A DNA stretch of 64,000 bases from Anthoceros angustus (Eukaryota; Plantae; Anthocerotophyta): NCBI GenBank assembly GCA_010909165.1, contig MU008166.1:1240001-1304000 (forward strand), given 5' to 3'. The notes beneath the pieces are model-generated. The model saw only the letters and a program-made list of their open reading frames with translations. It searched no databases and was not told the origin of the DNA. The position numbers and the translations under genes were made by a program. Every line of letters starts with the position of its first letter. Positions within the stretch are counted from its first letter, which is position 1. This document shows positions 10,942-22,212 of the stretch, in pieces.

Positions 10942-13385
10942 CTATCTCCGGAATGCATTGCTTTGTGCATCGGCAGCTCCGGGGTCCCGATAATGGGCTC
11001 GCCTCCTTATACTTTCACTGACGGAAGCAGTTGCATTACTGTCAGCACCATAAGCATTCCTATTTGCATCGTCGAGAAAGTTTTTACCACGCCCATAGAT
11101 AGACTGCTTTGCTTCTCTAGCATCAGCTTCTGCTCCTTTCTTCACTCGTTGCCATCTTTGCTCCTCATGGAGTTCAGCATCTGCCTGCATCTCCTTCAGC
11201 CGTGCAGCTTTTTCTTCTTCTGACAAAGCGCCTTTTCGAAGACCCCCTCTGGTGGGTGGCTGTGACTCCACATCAGTATCTTTTGGCCCACCTCCACCTT
11301 CTCGCACATAATCCCCCGTGTGCTTGTGGTCCACTCTGCGACATTCTTCCCTAGAACCTTTAAGGGAATCATCACGTGCATTAGCTGCACCTATGGATGT
11401 ATCTCCATTATATTGTTTACGATCTTCTCCCCGTGAGGGTGGATGTGACTCCACATCATAAGCATTCTGTCCACCTCCAGCTTCTTGTTTGTGATTCTGA
11501 ATATGCCTGTGGTCCTTTCTACGCTGTTCCTCCCCTGAGTGCCCATGGTCCTCTCTGGGCCGTTCCTCCCCTGAGTGCCTGTGGTCCTCTCTGTGCCGCT
11601 CCTCCCCTGGCTGCCTGTGGTCCTCTCTGCGACGTTCCTCCCCTGGCTGCCTGTGGTCCTCTCTGCGAAGTTCCTCCCTTGAGTGCCTGTAGTGCTCTCT
11701 GCGCCGCTCCCTAGAACCTGTGTGAGAATCATTTGGGCCATCTGTTGCACCTCTGGAAAAGTCGCCATTACCTCGTCTGCGATCTTCTCCTCCTGTGGGC
11801 GGATGTAGTTCAACAGCATTTTCTTTTGGCCCACCTCCAGCTTCTCGCTTGTACTCCCTTGAGTGCCTGTGGTCCTCTCTGCGCCGTTCTTGCCTGAAAC
11901 CTCTGTGAGAATCATCACGGTCGTTTGCTGCACCTCTTAATGTATCTCCATTATTTTGTCTGTGATCTTCTCCTCTGTGCCATTCCCCACGAACTTTGTG
12001 GGAATCATCCTGATCATTCACTAGACCTCTTGTCTCTCTGCGATATCGATTCCATTCTTCTCTTCTGTGAGATTTCTCACCCCCTCTATGTTGTTCCTCA
12101 CGACCTCTGCGTGAATCATCAGAGCCCCTTGAAAAGCCTCCAGATTCCTCTGCAGGATCTCGTCTGGAGCCGTCTCCTCTGTACCTATCATCATCACTTC
12201 TTGGAGAGTCAGCACGTCCTTTGCCTGAGCCCCTGTGTCCCAGCTTCCTCTCGTATATCCTTCTTTCATGGTGGTCTTCCTCACTTGAAACATCACTGTC
12301 ACTCCTGCCTCTCTTCCGAGGCTGCTCCTCCCCCCTGAGTTTATGATTTTTCCTCACATGATGACCTTCCTCATCACTGTCCCTGCCATGACCAGAAAGA
12401 CCAGAATCACTGTCACTCTCCTCTCTGACTTTCGCCCTTTTCTCTTTCTTCTCATGATGCTTGCGTTTCTTCCCACTCTTTACCTTCTCCTTACCCTTCT
12501 CCTTACTCTTCTCCTTACTCTTCTCCTGCACCTGCAGTTCCAAGTTTCCAAACAATCACAAGGTGTCATCAACATCTGCTAAAACGGGACCTGAAGACCC
12601 TGCCAAAGCACCATGACTGCATCACTGAACTGGCATAAGAACAAACCTGCTTCCTGATCATATCCATCTTCACAGGATTATTCCTGATCGCAGCCAAGGC
12701 AGCTTGCTCCTGTTGCCTTATCAACAGCAAGGGATCAGAGTGCAGCTTCCTCCACGAATCATTTGCAGATTGAGGCTTGCTTGCAAACAGAGATCCAGGA
12801 CCTTCAGCAGCCTGCCACATCACAATAACCAATAGCTCAGCAATCCAGCTGGAATCAAATCAAGGGCATTCAAAACCTGAAAATCCAAAACTTCCACACC
12901 CAAAGTCTCAGGCAGGCTCACTGACCTTAGCGACCTCGCTCTCCTTCGCCTCCTCAATAGGTTTTCCAAGCAGGTACTCATCCGCGGTGGTCTTCCTTAC
13001 TGCAAGCCCTGAATCGTACAGGAAATCCAACCGCTCCTGCTTCCTGCATCACCGTAGACGAAAACGTGAGTTACAAAAAAGCTCCCTTCCCGTCAGATAG
13101 GATCAGATAGATCAGCATTTCCATACCCCACACCAACATTCCCCCTTCTTCAAACCCTAAAATTCAGAAGCATCTACATCAAGATCAGAAAGCTTACGGT
13201 GCCAAGCCGGCTTGCTCCTGCAACGTCCGAAACTCTTGGGCCTCCCGCTCCTCCTTAATCTGCTTCTTCAGCTCCTCCAACTTCTTCTTCTCCGCATCGT
13301 GTTTCTGCTCCGCTTTCCACACATTCTCGATGTTCCGCAAACTGCCGGTATGCCAGCCCTTCTTGTTCAGAAACTTCAGCGCCAT
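10942..13385 (-). CDS. CWC25: Pre-mRNA splicing factor CWC25; exons 13385-13198, 13043-12926, 12811-12647, 12531-10942 (~686 aa)
   Basis: N-terminus MALKFLNKKGWHTGSLRNIENVWKAEQK, RLDFLY, DSWRKLHSDPLLLIRQQEQ and C-terminal LSEEEKAARLKEMQADA; GT-AG junctions keep the frame. Confidence 0.93.
11495..11710 (-). repeat. Coding 33-bp tandem repeat (RREDHR[HQ][SP]GEE, ~6 copies) within CWC25
   Basis: Visible in the ORF 10942-12555 translation and in the DNA (gcctgtggtcctctctg... every 33 bp). Confidence 0.9.
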
Positions 13386-13758
13386 GGCGCATCACAAGGT
13401 CTGATCCCCACTGCCCTTCTTCCCCTCGATCAGCCTTCCTCCCAAGCCCGAAAGGAAGACAGCAACGAAAGCCCTAATGCGACCCGCCGGGCGAGTTCTG
13501 TCCCTGTGGCGTCCCCGGGATAAATCACGGGTTGCTTATCGGGATCCGAGTTAAGCCAAGTGGACTACCCAATCCTCGGCATGTCGGGCCGCCAAGTGGC
13601 CAACATTAGGTTTGCCCAAGTCGGCAAGTTGATTGCGTGGAGGACGTTTTTATCCTCCCTTCTGGAAGCCACGGGAAATGGCGGGCAGCCCGGGTCTCGC
13701 TTTCAAGTCACGGCCGGGCTTGTACATGGAACCGCACGACGAAGACAGTGAACGTCGG

Positions 13759-13798
13759 CTCTGGGAAGTTCCAGAACAATGCCCTCTGCTCTACATAA
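13759..13798 (+). promoter_or_regulatory. Heat-shock element and TATA-like box upstream of the sHSP gene
   Basis: cTCtgGgAagTTCcaGAAc (alternating nGAAn/nTTCn, imperfect) followed by TACATAA at 13792; probable 5'UTR intron 13922-14198. Confidence 0.6.
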
Positions 13799-14249
13799 GC
13801 CTTGTGCTCACTTTCGCGCGGTTGTTCACAAGCAAATCGTGGTCGTGTAGAGGAGGAGCAAGCGAGGAATTCGAAGGCGCTCTGTTGTTGTTCTGAGTCG
13901 CAAGCACTTACTGTATTCAAGGTCTGCAAGATTTCCGCACAAGCTCATATGTAGTCTGTAGGATGTAGTAAAGTAGAAGTGAAATTGAGCTGGTCCTTCA
14001 TATAAGTGTTCTTTCGATGATGACTGTGCCGGTTTTGATATGTGGAGATGGCTGGAGGGTTGCGGGGACGTGAAAAGGTTTGTGTGAATGTGAGACTTGA
14101 GTGTGGAAAAATGCACAATTGTGTGACGCATGTTTGTAGAGAATTGTGAGAGCAGGTTGATGCGGAAGTGAGCTCTTACGGAGTGTGTGTGTTCTACAGG
14201 GATCGATCAGACGATCAGTGATATCAATCGCGTCGTGTTTGAAACCACA

Positions 14250-15240
14250 ATGACTTGCACGCTCACTAACTTGGCAGCTCCTGCGACGTTTGCAGTTCCT
14301 TCCGACATGGCAGCACGGAAGCTCGCCGGCGCGCTGCCGTCTTTGGCAGGGACCTTTACTCCCAAGGTTGGAGGACTGCCTCAGAGGTGCAGGACAGTGG
14401 ATCGGGTAGCCGTGCGAGCCATGACCGATATCAATGTTGGCCACACGGGGACCGGAGGCAGTAGCGGTGGCGCTGGCGCAGCTGCGAGTAGCGCTGGTGC
14501 TTCATCTGACGCTGGCCAGGAGCTGCAGAGACGCGATGACCGCTCGTCTGTTTCTCGCCGTGGCGGTCGGGGAAGGCGTGGTGGCGGAGAGTTGGCGCCT
14601 TTTGGGAGTTTGCTTGGTATGCTACTTGCTCGTGTCGTGGATACTTGCGTTTTAGTTTGTAGAAGATTGGAGGTGAAGATTGATTGCGTTTTAGCTTGTA
14701 GAAGGTTGGAGGTGAGATCGATTGCGTTTTAGTTTGTAGAAGATTTTGCGATTTCAGCACGAAAGTCTGCTGAATTGCCTCCGCTGTGCAGGTGACCTCT
14801 GGGATCCGTTGGTCTCAAACAGGAGTCTCCGACAGATGATCGATATGGTGGATCGCTTTTTCGACGATTCGATCTTGTTCCCGACCACCCGAGGTGCCTC
14901 CCCTGCTCGAGCTGTCCGGGCTCCGTGGGACATTGTTGAAGACGATCAAGGTTTTCATATCCGGATCGACCTGCCTGGATTTTCGAAAGACGATGTGAAG
15001 GTGTCTGTGGAAGATCACAACTTGATTATTCAAGCGGAGAAAAAAGAAGGAAGTGTTGACGATAAGTTCGGGGCCAGGTCCTATGGCACATTCTTCACCA
15101 GGGTGGAGCTCCCCGAGAACATCAAGTCTGATGCAATTAAAGCGGAGCTGAAGCATGGAGTCCTTAACCTCACGGTGCCCAAGACTGAAGAGAAGAAGCA
15201 AGTGATTGATGTGAAGGTGGCTTCCGATGACAGCGCTTGA
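14250..15240 (+). CDS. Plastid-targeted small heat shock protein (HSP21-like); exons 14250-14616, 14792-15240
   Basis: Transit-peptide-like N-terminus, Met-containing DPLVSNRSLRQMIDMVDRFF motif, alpha-crystallin domain (RAPWDIVE...IDLPG...IKAELKHGVLNLTVPK). Confidence 0.92.
14647..14745. repeat. ~38-bp tandem repeat (~2.5 copies) in the sHSP intron
   Basis: tgcgttttag(t/c)ttgtagaag(a/g)ttggaggtga... repeated. Confidence 0.85.
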
Positions 15241-15602
15241 TCGGCAGGATGATACTTTGGCGACCAGGAATTCTAGGCTCCAAGACAGTAACCATAGCTT
15301 AAGCTTATTGTGCAGCTAGGTGGTCCATGTGAAGTGTTCTTGCGTTTTACTCCCGAATTTTGCTGTATATAGGTAGATCCTGTAGGCACAAGTGTAAAAT
15401 TCGCTTCTGTTAATCAGAAAGTTGATAAGGTGTTGCAACACGTACATGATTATCGTTAATTACGCATGCCACATGTAAGAACAGTCGCATATTTAAGTCA
15501 AAACCCAATGCACCTCATCAATTGAAACGAAAGGGCAGGGCAAGGTTAATTTCTGGGCAACGTGGTTGTTTCCACAGAGGAGCAAACGCTGGGAGTGGAA
15601 GG

Positions 15603-16424
15603 ATGTGGACGAAGGCAGGGGCTGCCCTGGTGCGCAAGCCCTGCGCCGGAGAGGCGGGCTTGTTGATACGTTTCTGCAGAGGCCTCTCTGCTGCAGCTGA
15701 TCCATCTCCGGCCGAGCAGATTGTAGCCAAGTTGCGTCCTGGTACGAACCCTGACAGCCTGCTTGCTGCTCATAGGGTAAATGCGCAGGACTATTATTGA
15801 TGGACGTGCAGGTTGTGGTGGAAGGATTTCAAGTGTTGATAGTGTTGTTTCCAATGTCTATGCGCAGGTGAGGTCCTGGTGCAGAATGAAGCAGACAGTG
15901 AGATCGGCAAGGCCGTGATTCTCAAGGCCAAAGATCGGGGTTTGACTACTCTCAATATTATTGCTGATAAGCCTGGTTCGTCGTCAATAATTGAGGAGTT
16001 GAAGGAGCTGGGGGCTGACATTGTGGTGACCGAGTCTTATACGGAAACCTGGTAGAGTTGGCAGGCCTGTTGTTCACGGCCTTTTGGTTGCAATTCTGTG
16101 GTAGGATGTGCATATCAGCTTATCTGGCTCTCCTGCCAGAACACTTTTGTACGTGTTGTATGGATCCTGACGTGCTAGCTGCATCTCTTGTGCTTCAGGT
16201 ATATCAAAAGGTTGATCAGTGATCTTCCGCGGCCAAAACTGGGATTGAACTTGTCCGATGGCTCTCAAGCCACCGCTGTAGCGAAATTGCTTGCTGAGGG
16301 CTCGACTTTCATCACACATGGGAAGCAGCTGCCACAGCATGTTAGCTACCCGGGTGCAGAGAGACGGCCAGTTCAGTGGGGTCGGCTGTTGGAAGCAAGG
16401 AAGCTCAAGGCTGAGACCCTGTAA
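15603..16424 (+). CDS. Short mitochondrial trans-2-enoyl-CoA/ACP reductase (MECR)-like protein, Rossmann half only; exons 15603-15741, 15868-16051, 16199-16424 (182 aa)
   Basis: Presequence-like N-terminus, then KLRPGEVLVQNEADSEIGKAVI...LKELGADIVVTE...LPRPKLGLN...LLAEGSTFITHG, resembling the MECR nucleotide-binding domain; open frame across two GT-AG introns. Confidence 0.75.
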
Positions 16425-17253
16425 GTATCTGTTTGCAGCATGCCCTAGTTGTTGACTGGGCGGCATTGGTTCACAGTATTTCAGAAAAGCCTGCCCTCCA
16501 TGTTCATTCCAAGCTTATTTTTCTCCACTGGCGGGATAGAGGTGAAATGTAGGTGGGCAGGGCTTCTGTCTCTGTAGGTCAGTGATGCTAAGAGTAATTT
16601 TTCTGTTCAGCTTGCTGACTTCCTCCCACTTGGTCTGCCCAGTAAATGGGTAAAGCCTTCTTTCTGATGAATAAAAATTTCCACATTCTGATGCCTCACA
16701 TCATCCAGTTTAGCAACTCTCTATTCATTACGCTTTTCTACCCAGCCTACTCCAAATGCCATTCATAATTTTTTGGTCGATGGTTATGTATCCTTGTATC
16801 ACCAGCCCCAGACGTTCAACACAGGTGAGTACTCTGATTTCGGGTTTTCTCTTATTAGGGTAAGTAATGGGGAGAACCTGCTGCTGCAGGTCTACTGACT
16901 TCATGCTTTACATTCAAGCATTCTGTCGCAATCTTCAATTCCAGATGTGTCGTTCGGTTGTAGATGTGGGAAACTTCAACATAACAAATCCTTGGATTTG
17001 ATGGTGGCAATTTCTCTGTGGCCATGCAATGCAACAGACAGGAGATGCAGCAGATTTTAAAAGCCAGTACTGGATATTTGAACTACATCTCGGAAGCTTT
17101 AAGGAAGATGCTTCCAGCGAGCAACGCAGGTGAGTACCACAGCAACGTATATAGATGTTTTTATTAATGAGCTAAATTTAGCGAAGCATTATACAAAACT
17201 TTTATTTGGATCGTGAAGATTTGTCCTCAACGGCACTGAAGCAATGTTCATCA

Positions 17254-17360
17254 GGAACCTGACGTGTATCGAACATGTAACCTTCTGATCTGGAGTCAGA
17301 CAACAATGATATTTATGTCACTCAGGGTGGAAGGTCGCGCTACCACTGCGCCACAAATCC
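17254..17360 (-). tRNA. tRNA-Trp(CCA) gene or pseudogene interrupted by a 35-nt insertion (17335-17301) between the D-arm and anticodon stem
   Basis: Reverse complement reads GGATTTGTGGCGCAGTGGTAGCGCG [35 nt] TCTGACTCCAGATCAGAAGGTTACATGTTCGATACACGTCAGGTTC, close to plant cytosolic tRNA-Trp; one T-stem mismatch, no adjacent oligo-T terminator. Confidence 0.8.
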
Positions 17361-18641
17361 TTACTTGGATGCAGAGCAGAACATACAATTTTTACAGCAA
17401 GAGAACTTCTTCATAAAGTGCTTCCATCCAAGACCCTGCTGCTAACGTGCAAGCTTGATCTGGTGATTACTTGATCCCTCATAACTGTAGGACACGAGAC
17501 GCTGAGTGCGGAGCCAGGCAGCTCACTCGAAGCCCAGCACACACTCATGAGGAGTGGGACTTTACCACAGTCATGCAGTTGGGCCTTGCTGCAATTGTTT
17601 GCACTTGAATTTGATGATGCAGGCAAACCTTTTCTGGACTGTTGAGTCCTATCGCCTCTGGTCAAAGCAGCAACAGAGTAAGAGCCAATCATGACCCCTG
17701 GTTAATATTTCGTGACTTGCTGTCCCACTCTTCAGTCCACCTGGTTGTAGTCACACGGGCTCCTCGTGTTCCGCTGTGACCTGTAGCCCAAAAGAAGGTA
17801 AGCAAGAGGAAATCCAACCAGCCCCCAATTTCCGCTCATGGTTTTGTACTGGTTGCGCAATTTCGTTCTAACTGCGAGTATGAGACATGGTTTGTACTAT
17901 GCCTTGCATCCTTTCTAAACCATTTGAAAACGATGAGGGGGTCACAGTCGAGGCCCCAGGCAGTTATGCTAGACTGGCTCGCATGATGCCCAACCGGATG
18001 TCAACTAGAAAACTGATGATAAATTGCCATAGTCCAACAGAGGACATGCCGTGCTCCCCGTTTGCTCCCCTGGTCTTCGCAAGTTCGCGGCCCTGTACAT
18101 CCTCCTAACCCTGTGTGCCTCAAAGTGGTGTACAGTCGACAGCATCCCAGCTCAAGCCAGGAGGTCGGCCGACAACAAAAGTGAAAATTAAACGGCAAAC
18201 ATAGCACGATGGTGGAAAAGCGCATCAGGTGTGTCCGCGTGCCCCTTGCGCAAGACCATCAATTTTTCTTTTGACTGGAATCCTCCTCGCACAGTACAGT
18301 GCTACTGGCAATGCCGCACACGTTGAAGACACTCAAACCGAGTTTCGATCCTGCCGGGCACCTGAAGGTCCCACCATCTCTGTTCTATAAAACCGGCATC
18401 CCAAGCTCCCAAGCAACGGCAATCGTGAAGCAGCAGTCTTCCCAGGCCTCAGTCTTCAATCTCTCCAATCTTCCCATTTCCATTGGATAACGATCTTTCC
18501 TCGCTACCACTCGCATTCATCCCTGCTCCCTTCATGCTCTTGTGGCTTCCTGCGTAGCACTGGCCAGCTTGGAAGCTCGAAAACTGCAGTCCATGCTTGT
18601 GTTCTGAACTGCTGTGCATCAATCTGCAGGTGCGAAATACA

Positions 18642-19259
18642 ATGGAGTTCTCCCAGACTGCAGCCTCGGGCACTGGCAGCTCCTTCTCCTGCAGGCCATC
18701 GGCAACCAGGCTGCTCTCCCTTCTCTTGGTCGCTGCACACTTCTTCGCACTGGTATCCGCCACCGGGGGGATCCAGACGAAGCCTGACCTCGACAGTGTG
18801 GATGCCAGAGCTGAGAAGCCGCAAGCTGCAGATTTCTTGATGCCAAACGGAGAACAAGAACGCTTGACTGACGCTGCATATCGACCGGCGAGTCGGAGGA
18901 GCCGGTTCCTTTCCGCATCTGTGCCTGCAGGAATTGCGAGAGCCGTCCCCCGCGGGCAGGAGAGCTTCCGTCGGGTGCCTGCCACATGCAACGCCGTCCC
19001 CGGCCTGTGCACCTCGCCGTTCTACAAGCAGGCAGGAGCCACTTCATGCTGCAGCGGGCAGTGCTGCGACATCCGCTTCCACAACAGCCACTGCGGCAGG
19101 TGCGGGAAGAAGTGCAGATTCGGATCCACATGCTGCAACGGGGAGTGCGTCCAGCTGAAGAAGGACGTGCACAACTGCGGGCGCTGCGGGAACAAGTGCC
19201 AGGGCAAGCATCCCGTCTGCAACTACGGAATGTGCAACTACAACGGACGGCATTGGTAG
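18642..19259 (+). CDS. STIG1-family secreted cysteine-rich protein
   Basis: Hydrophobic signal-like segment, SRFL motif, TC...LC...CC...C.D....HCG.CG..C....TCC.G.CV....D..NCG.CG..C......C.YGMCNY pattern; TATA (CTATAAAA) at ~18385. Confidence 0.92.
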   Translation: MEFSQTAASGTGSSFSCRPSATRLLSLLLVAAHFFALVSATGGIQTKPDLDSVDARAEKPQAADFLMPNGEQERLTDAAYRPASRRSRFLSASVPAGIARAVPRGQESFRRVPATCNAVPGLCTSPFYKQAGATSCCSGQCCDIRFHNSHCGRCGKKCRFGSTCCNGECVQLKKDVHNCGRCGNKCQGKHPVCNYGMCNYNGRHW

Positions 19260-20329
19260 CCACGGCGTCTGCCGCCAGCACACAGCACCTCCAGATCTTG
19301 AAACAGGCGTTACATCGTCGCAAGGTGCAAGATAGGCCGGTGTGAAAGAATCGGGCATGCGGAAGGAACGCATGCATGGTTTTTTAGGTAGGCTGCCAAC
19401 CGTCTGGCGATTTTTCCAAATGTGAGCGGCGCTTGTCCCACATTTGAGAGGTTTGGTTTTCGTACTCAAAGCAGGTTAGAGTTTTTCCGGGACTGGCAGA
19501 TCTGCCGTGGAATTCACTGCTGTACTACTTGTTTCTTGTTGCGTTTTGCCTTGGAGAGAGTCTTCAGATTCAGGGTGCAAACACTGTAAAGTGACCATTA
19601 TGGGTGCAAACGTTTTGATCTTTTTCGACTCATTCTTGGTTTTCGACTGATCGAGCCTTCAGCAGTGCAGCACTTGATGCCATTAAACTTCCCGATGACA
19701 TCGGTGAACTATCCACGTCGACCTCACGGACCCAACATTGCTCCCTACGTTTTCTTGTCCTTCTCCTGTATTTTCCCACCGGTGTAGTCCTTGACAGCCA
19801 CATGGATAGACAAACTTGCGCGGAAGATCGAGACCTTGGATCGGTTGTGAAGAGAATACTCAGCAACGTCGTCCCGTCCTTTCAGAAGGACCCACGGGCT
19901 ACATAAGAACCTGTATAACGGGTACACCGGGTGGATTTCCATACAAGGTGCTGTTTCCCATGACCGACCCGGTCGGGTTTTAGTCCAAGACACAGGAGCA
20001 TATTGCCTGCCTCGTGTCCCAATCCCGGTGGAGCCTAGATTTTGTCGAACTTGTGGACGGCACTTTTTTAACACCGTTACAAAGTGGTGTCCACAAGTGG
20101 ACATCCAACATTTATAATAACGTCGGTGTTAAGTATCTGCGCTTAGATCTTGAGTATGTCGTCCGCAAACCTTCACCAAGCCTGTGTGTCATATGGCCTA
20201 GAGCAGCCATCTAGGCCTCGCATGACAGCAAAGCCTGCATGCCCGCTCCAAGCCGTCTTCATGATGCTGCGATTTGAGGATTACTTCACGGATGAAGACC
20301 ACACATCTCACAAAAACAAAGCCACCACA

Positions 20330-20880
20330 GGGCCCGATGTCAGAACAAGCGCATCCTGGCCATGCCCTTGCTCTGTCTATCCAGCAATCGGGGCCGTCCC
20401 ATGTCACCACATCCTTTGTGGCCAAGCTATCAAAGGCCTTGCGTGCATCTTGAAGGGCAGCTACAAAGAGGTGAGCATCCCCCTTCACACCAGACCTCGC
20501 ATATCATGGTAAAGTTTTATGGCCTTTTTAGGTTGCTCATGCTTAGCATGTGCAGAGACTATGGAACCCCATACTTAGGCATCTGGTTTGCCCACCCTGG
20601 TGAACACATCCATGGCCTCCTTTAGCTGACCTCCACCTGCGCATGGCTGGGCATACCCAGCAATCAGAGCCGTCCATGTCACAACATCTTTTGAGGCCAA
20701 GCTTTCAAACATCTGACGTGCACCTCCCAGTTCAACACATTTTGCATACATGTCTACCAGGCAGTTGCCCACCACAATGCTATTCACGTCCTCTTCGACT
20801 ATCTGAGAATGCACCGCCTCCCTTAGTATGGCACCAGTGCTTGCACATGCCTTCAGAAGGCAAGCAAAAGTAACTTTGTT
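20330..20880 (-). pseudogene. Degenerate PLS-class PPR fragment, inverted paralog of the gene at 23584-26796
   Basis: VTFACLLKACASTGA, VVGNCLVDMYAKC, KDVVTWTALIAGYAQ and DAHLFVAALQ motifs with frameshifts, deletions and a stop. Confidence 0.88.
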
Positions 20881-20901
20881 AAACACAAACATGCCCTTTA
20901 G

Positions 20902-21144
20902 CTACTAGAAAAACCAGCACTTTACTATCCCTTCAAAACTAGAGAGAGAGGGTTTTTAGACGTTTGTTCATTTTACAATAGGGTTTTCAGCCCATGACAT
21001 TATGTATTATTTTTGTATAGATTTTAATATTTTACTATATGGGTTTGATATTTTATGATGTGGGATATTATTTTATGGTTTTGATAACGGCCATTGTAAT
21101 GCTGTTGCAAAGTTCATTGTAAAAGATCACTTTTCCTGGTAGTG
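20902..21144. mobile_element. Possible small non-autonomous CACTA-like element
   Basis: Right end reads CACTACCAGGAAAA on the - strand; left end CTACTAGAAAA lacks the first CA; AT-rich interior; no TSD established. Confidence 0.45.
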
Positions 21145-21257
21145 ATATATATGCATGCCTCAATACCACACAAATGAAAATTCCACATAGTCTGACCTCC
21201 CACCTCATGGTGGGAGCACACAAAAGACTTCCATGAGGTGGGAGCGCACAAAAGACT

Positions 21258-21435
21258 TCTCTACATCTTACACCATTCAGGTAATTCCTCCTTCAATACA
21301 TCTTACACCATTCAGGTAATGCCTCCTTCTCTACATCTTACACCATTCAGGTAATGCCTCCTTCTCTACATCTTACACCATTGAGGTAATGCCTCCTTCT
21401 CTACATCTTACACCATTCAGGTAATGCCTCCTGTC
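21258..21435. repeat. 35-bp tandem repeat, 5 copies
   Basis: tacatcttacaccattcaggtaatgcctccttctc at 21262, 21297, 21332, 21367, 21402. Confidence 0.95.
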
Positions 21436-21459
21436 TACTCCTGCACTCCCTGCAGAGTG

Positions 21460-21776
21460 TCGTTCATGCCATGTGCAGCCGATACATGTTCGAGAGGAAG
21501 TGCATATCGTTCGTGCCATGTGCAGCCGATACATGTTCGAGAGGAAGTGCATATCGTTCGTGCCATGTGCAGCCGGTACATGTTCGAGAGGAAGTCCATA
21601 TCCTCTTGTCCCTCGCCATATGCAATTCTTGCACAACCCATCGTCCATGCCATGTGCAGCCGATACATGTTCGAGAGGAAGTCCATATCGTTCGTGCCAT
21701 GTGCAGCCGGTACATGTTCGAGAGGAAGTCCATATCCTCTTGTCCCTCGCCATATGCAATTCTTGCACAACCCATA
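21460..21776. repeat. Compound tandem array: 47-bp unit A with ~40-bp unit B (A-A-A-B-A-A-B)
   Basis: tgccatgtgcagccg(a/g)tacatgttcgagaggaagt(g/c)catatc x5; ctcttgtccctcgccatatgcaattcttgcacaacccat x2. Confidence 0.93.
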
Positions 21777-22212
21777 GCAGTGCCCCACACATTTCAGTTC
21801 CTCATGGTTGCAATGCTCGGAGGTATGCAAACCTAGTGCACTCAACAATGCTGCAATCCAAACGGGAGCAAACATCCAAGACCTTCGCGCGGAGGCGAGA
21901 CATGTCTAGCATGCATGTGTGGTCCAGGCGATCATAAACATGTGTATGTGTGTTAGGAAACCCCTAAACGGCAGGAAAAAACCTAGATGACAACATCCAA
22001 ACACTAGAGCCCAAGTTACGATATGGAAAGATTTATGTTGCATACAGCTCGTGGTGCGATGATGTGGTCCATATAAGATGAAGGAATGCGATGATGTGGC
22101 CCGTATAAGATGAAGGAATCTTGAAGATGCCCAGGCATCTAAGTGTAGAATACAGGCGAAAAAAAAGTTGTCACACACAACCCGCCCAGTGACGACTTCG
22201 GTATTCCAGACC

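Noticed and set aside
16800-18230. Possible spliced gene from scattered GT/AG sites and short ORFs
   Set aside because: Could not build a coherent reading frame or recognise a domain; could be UTR or lncRNA
18449-19469. Long - strand ORFs overlapping STIG1
   Set aside because: Antisense shadows of a GC-rich coding sequence
21258-21776. CRISPR-like array
   Set aside because: Units are head-to-tail without unique spacers, no cas genes, eukaryotic context
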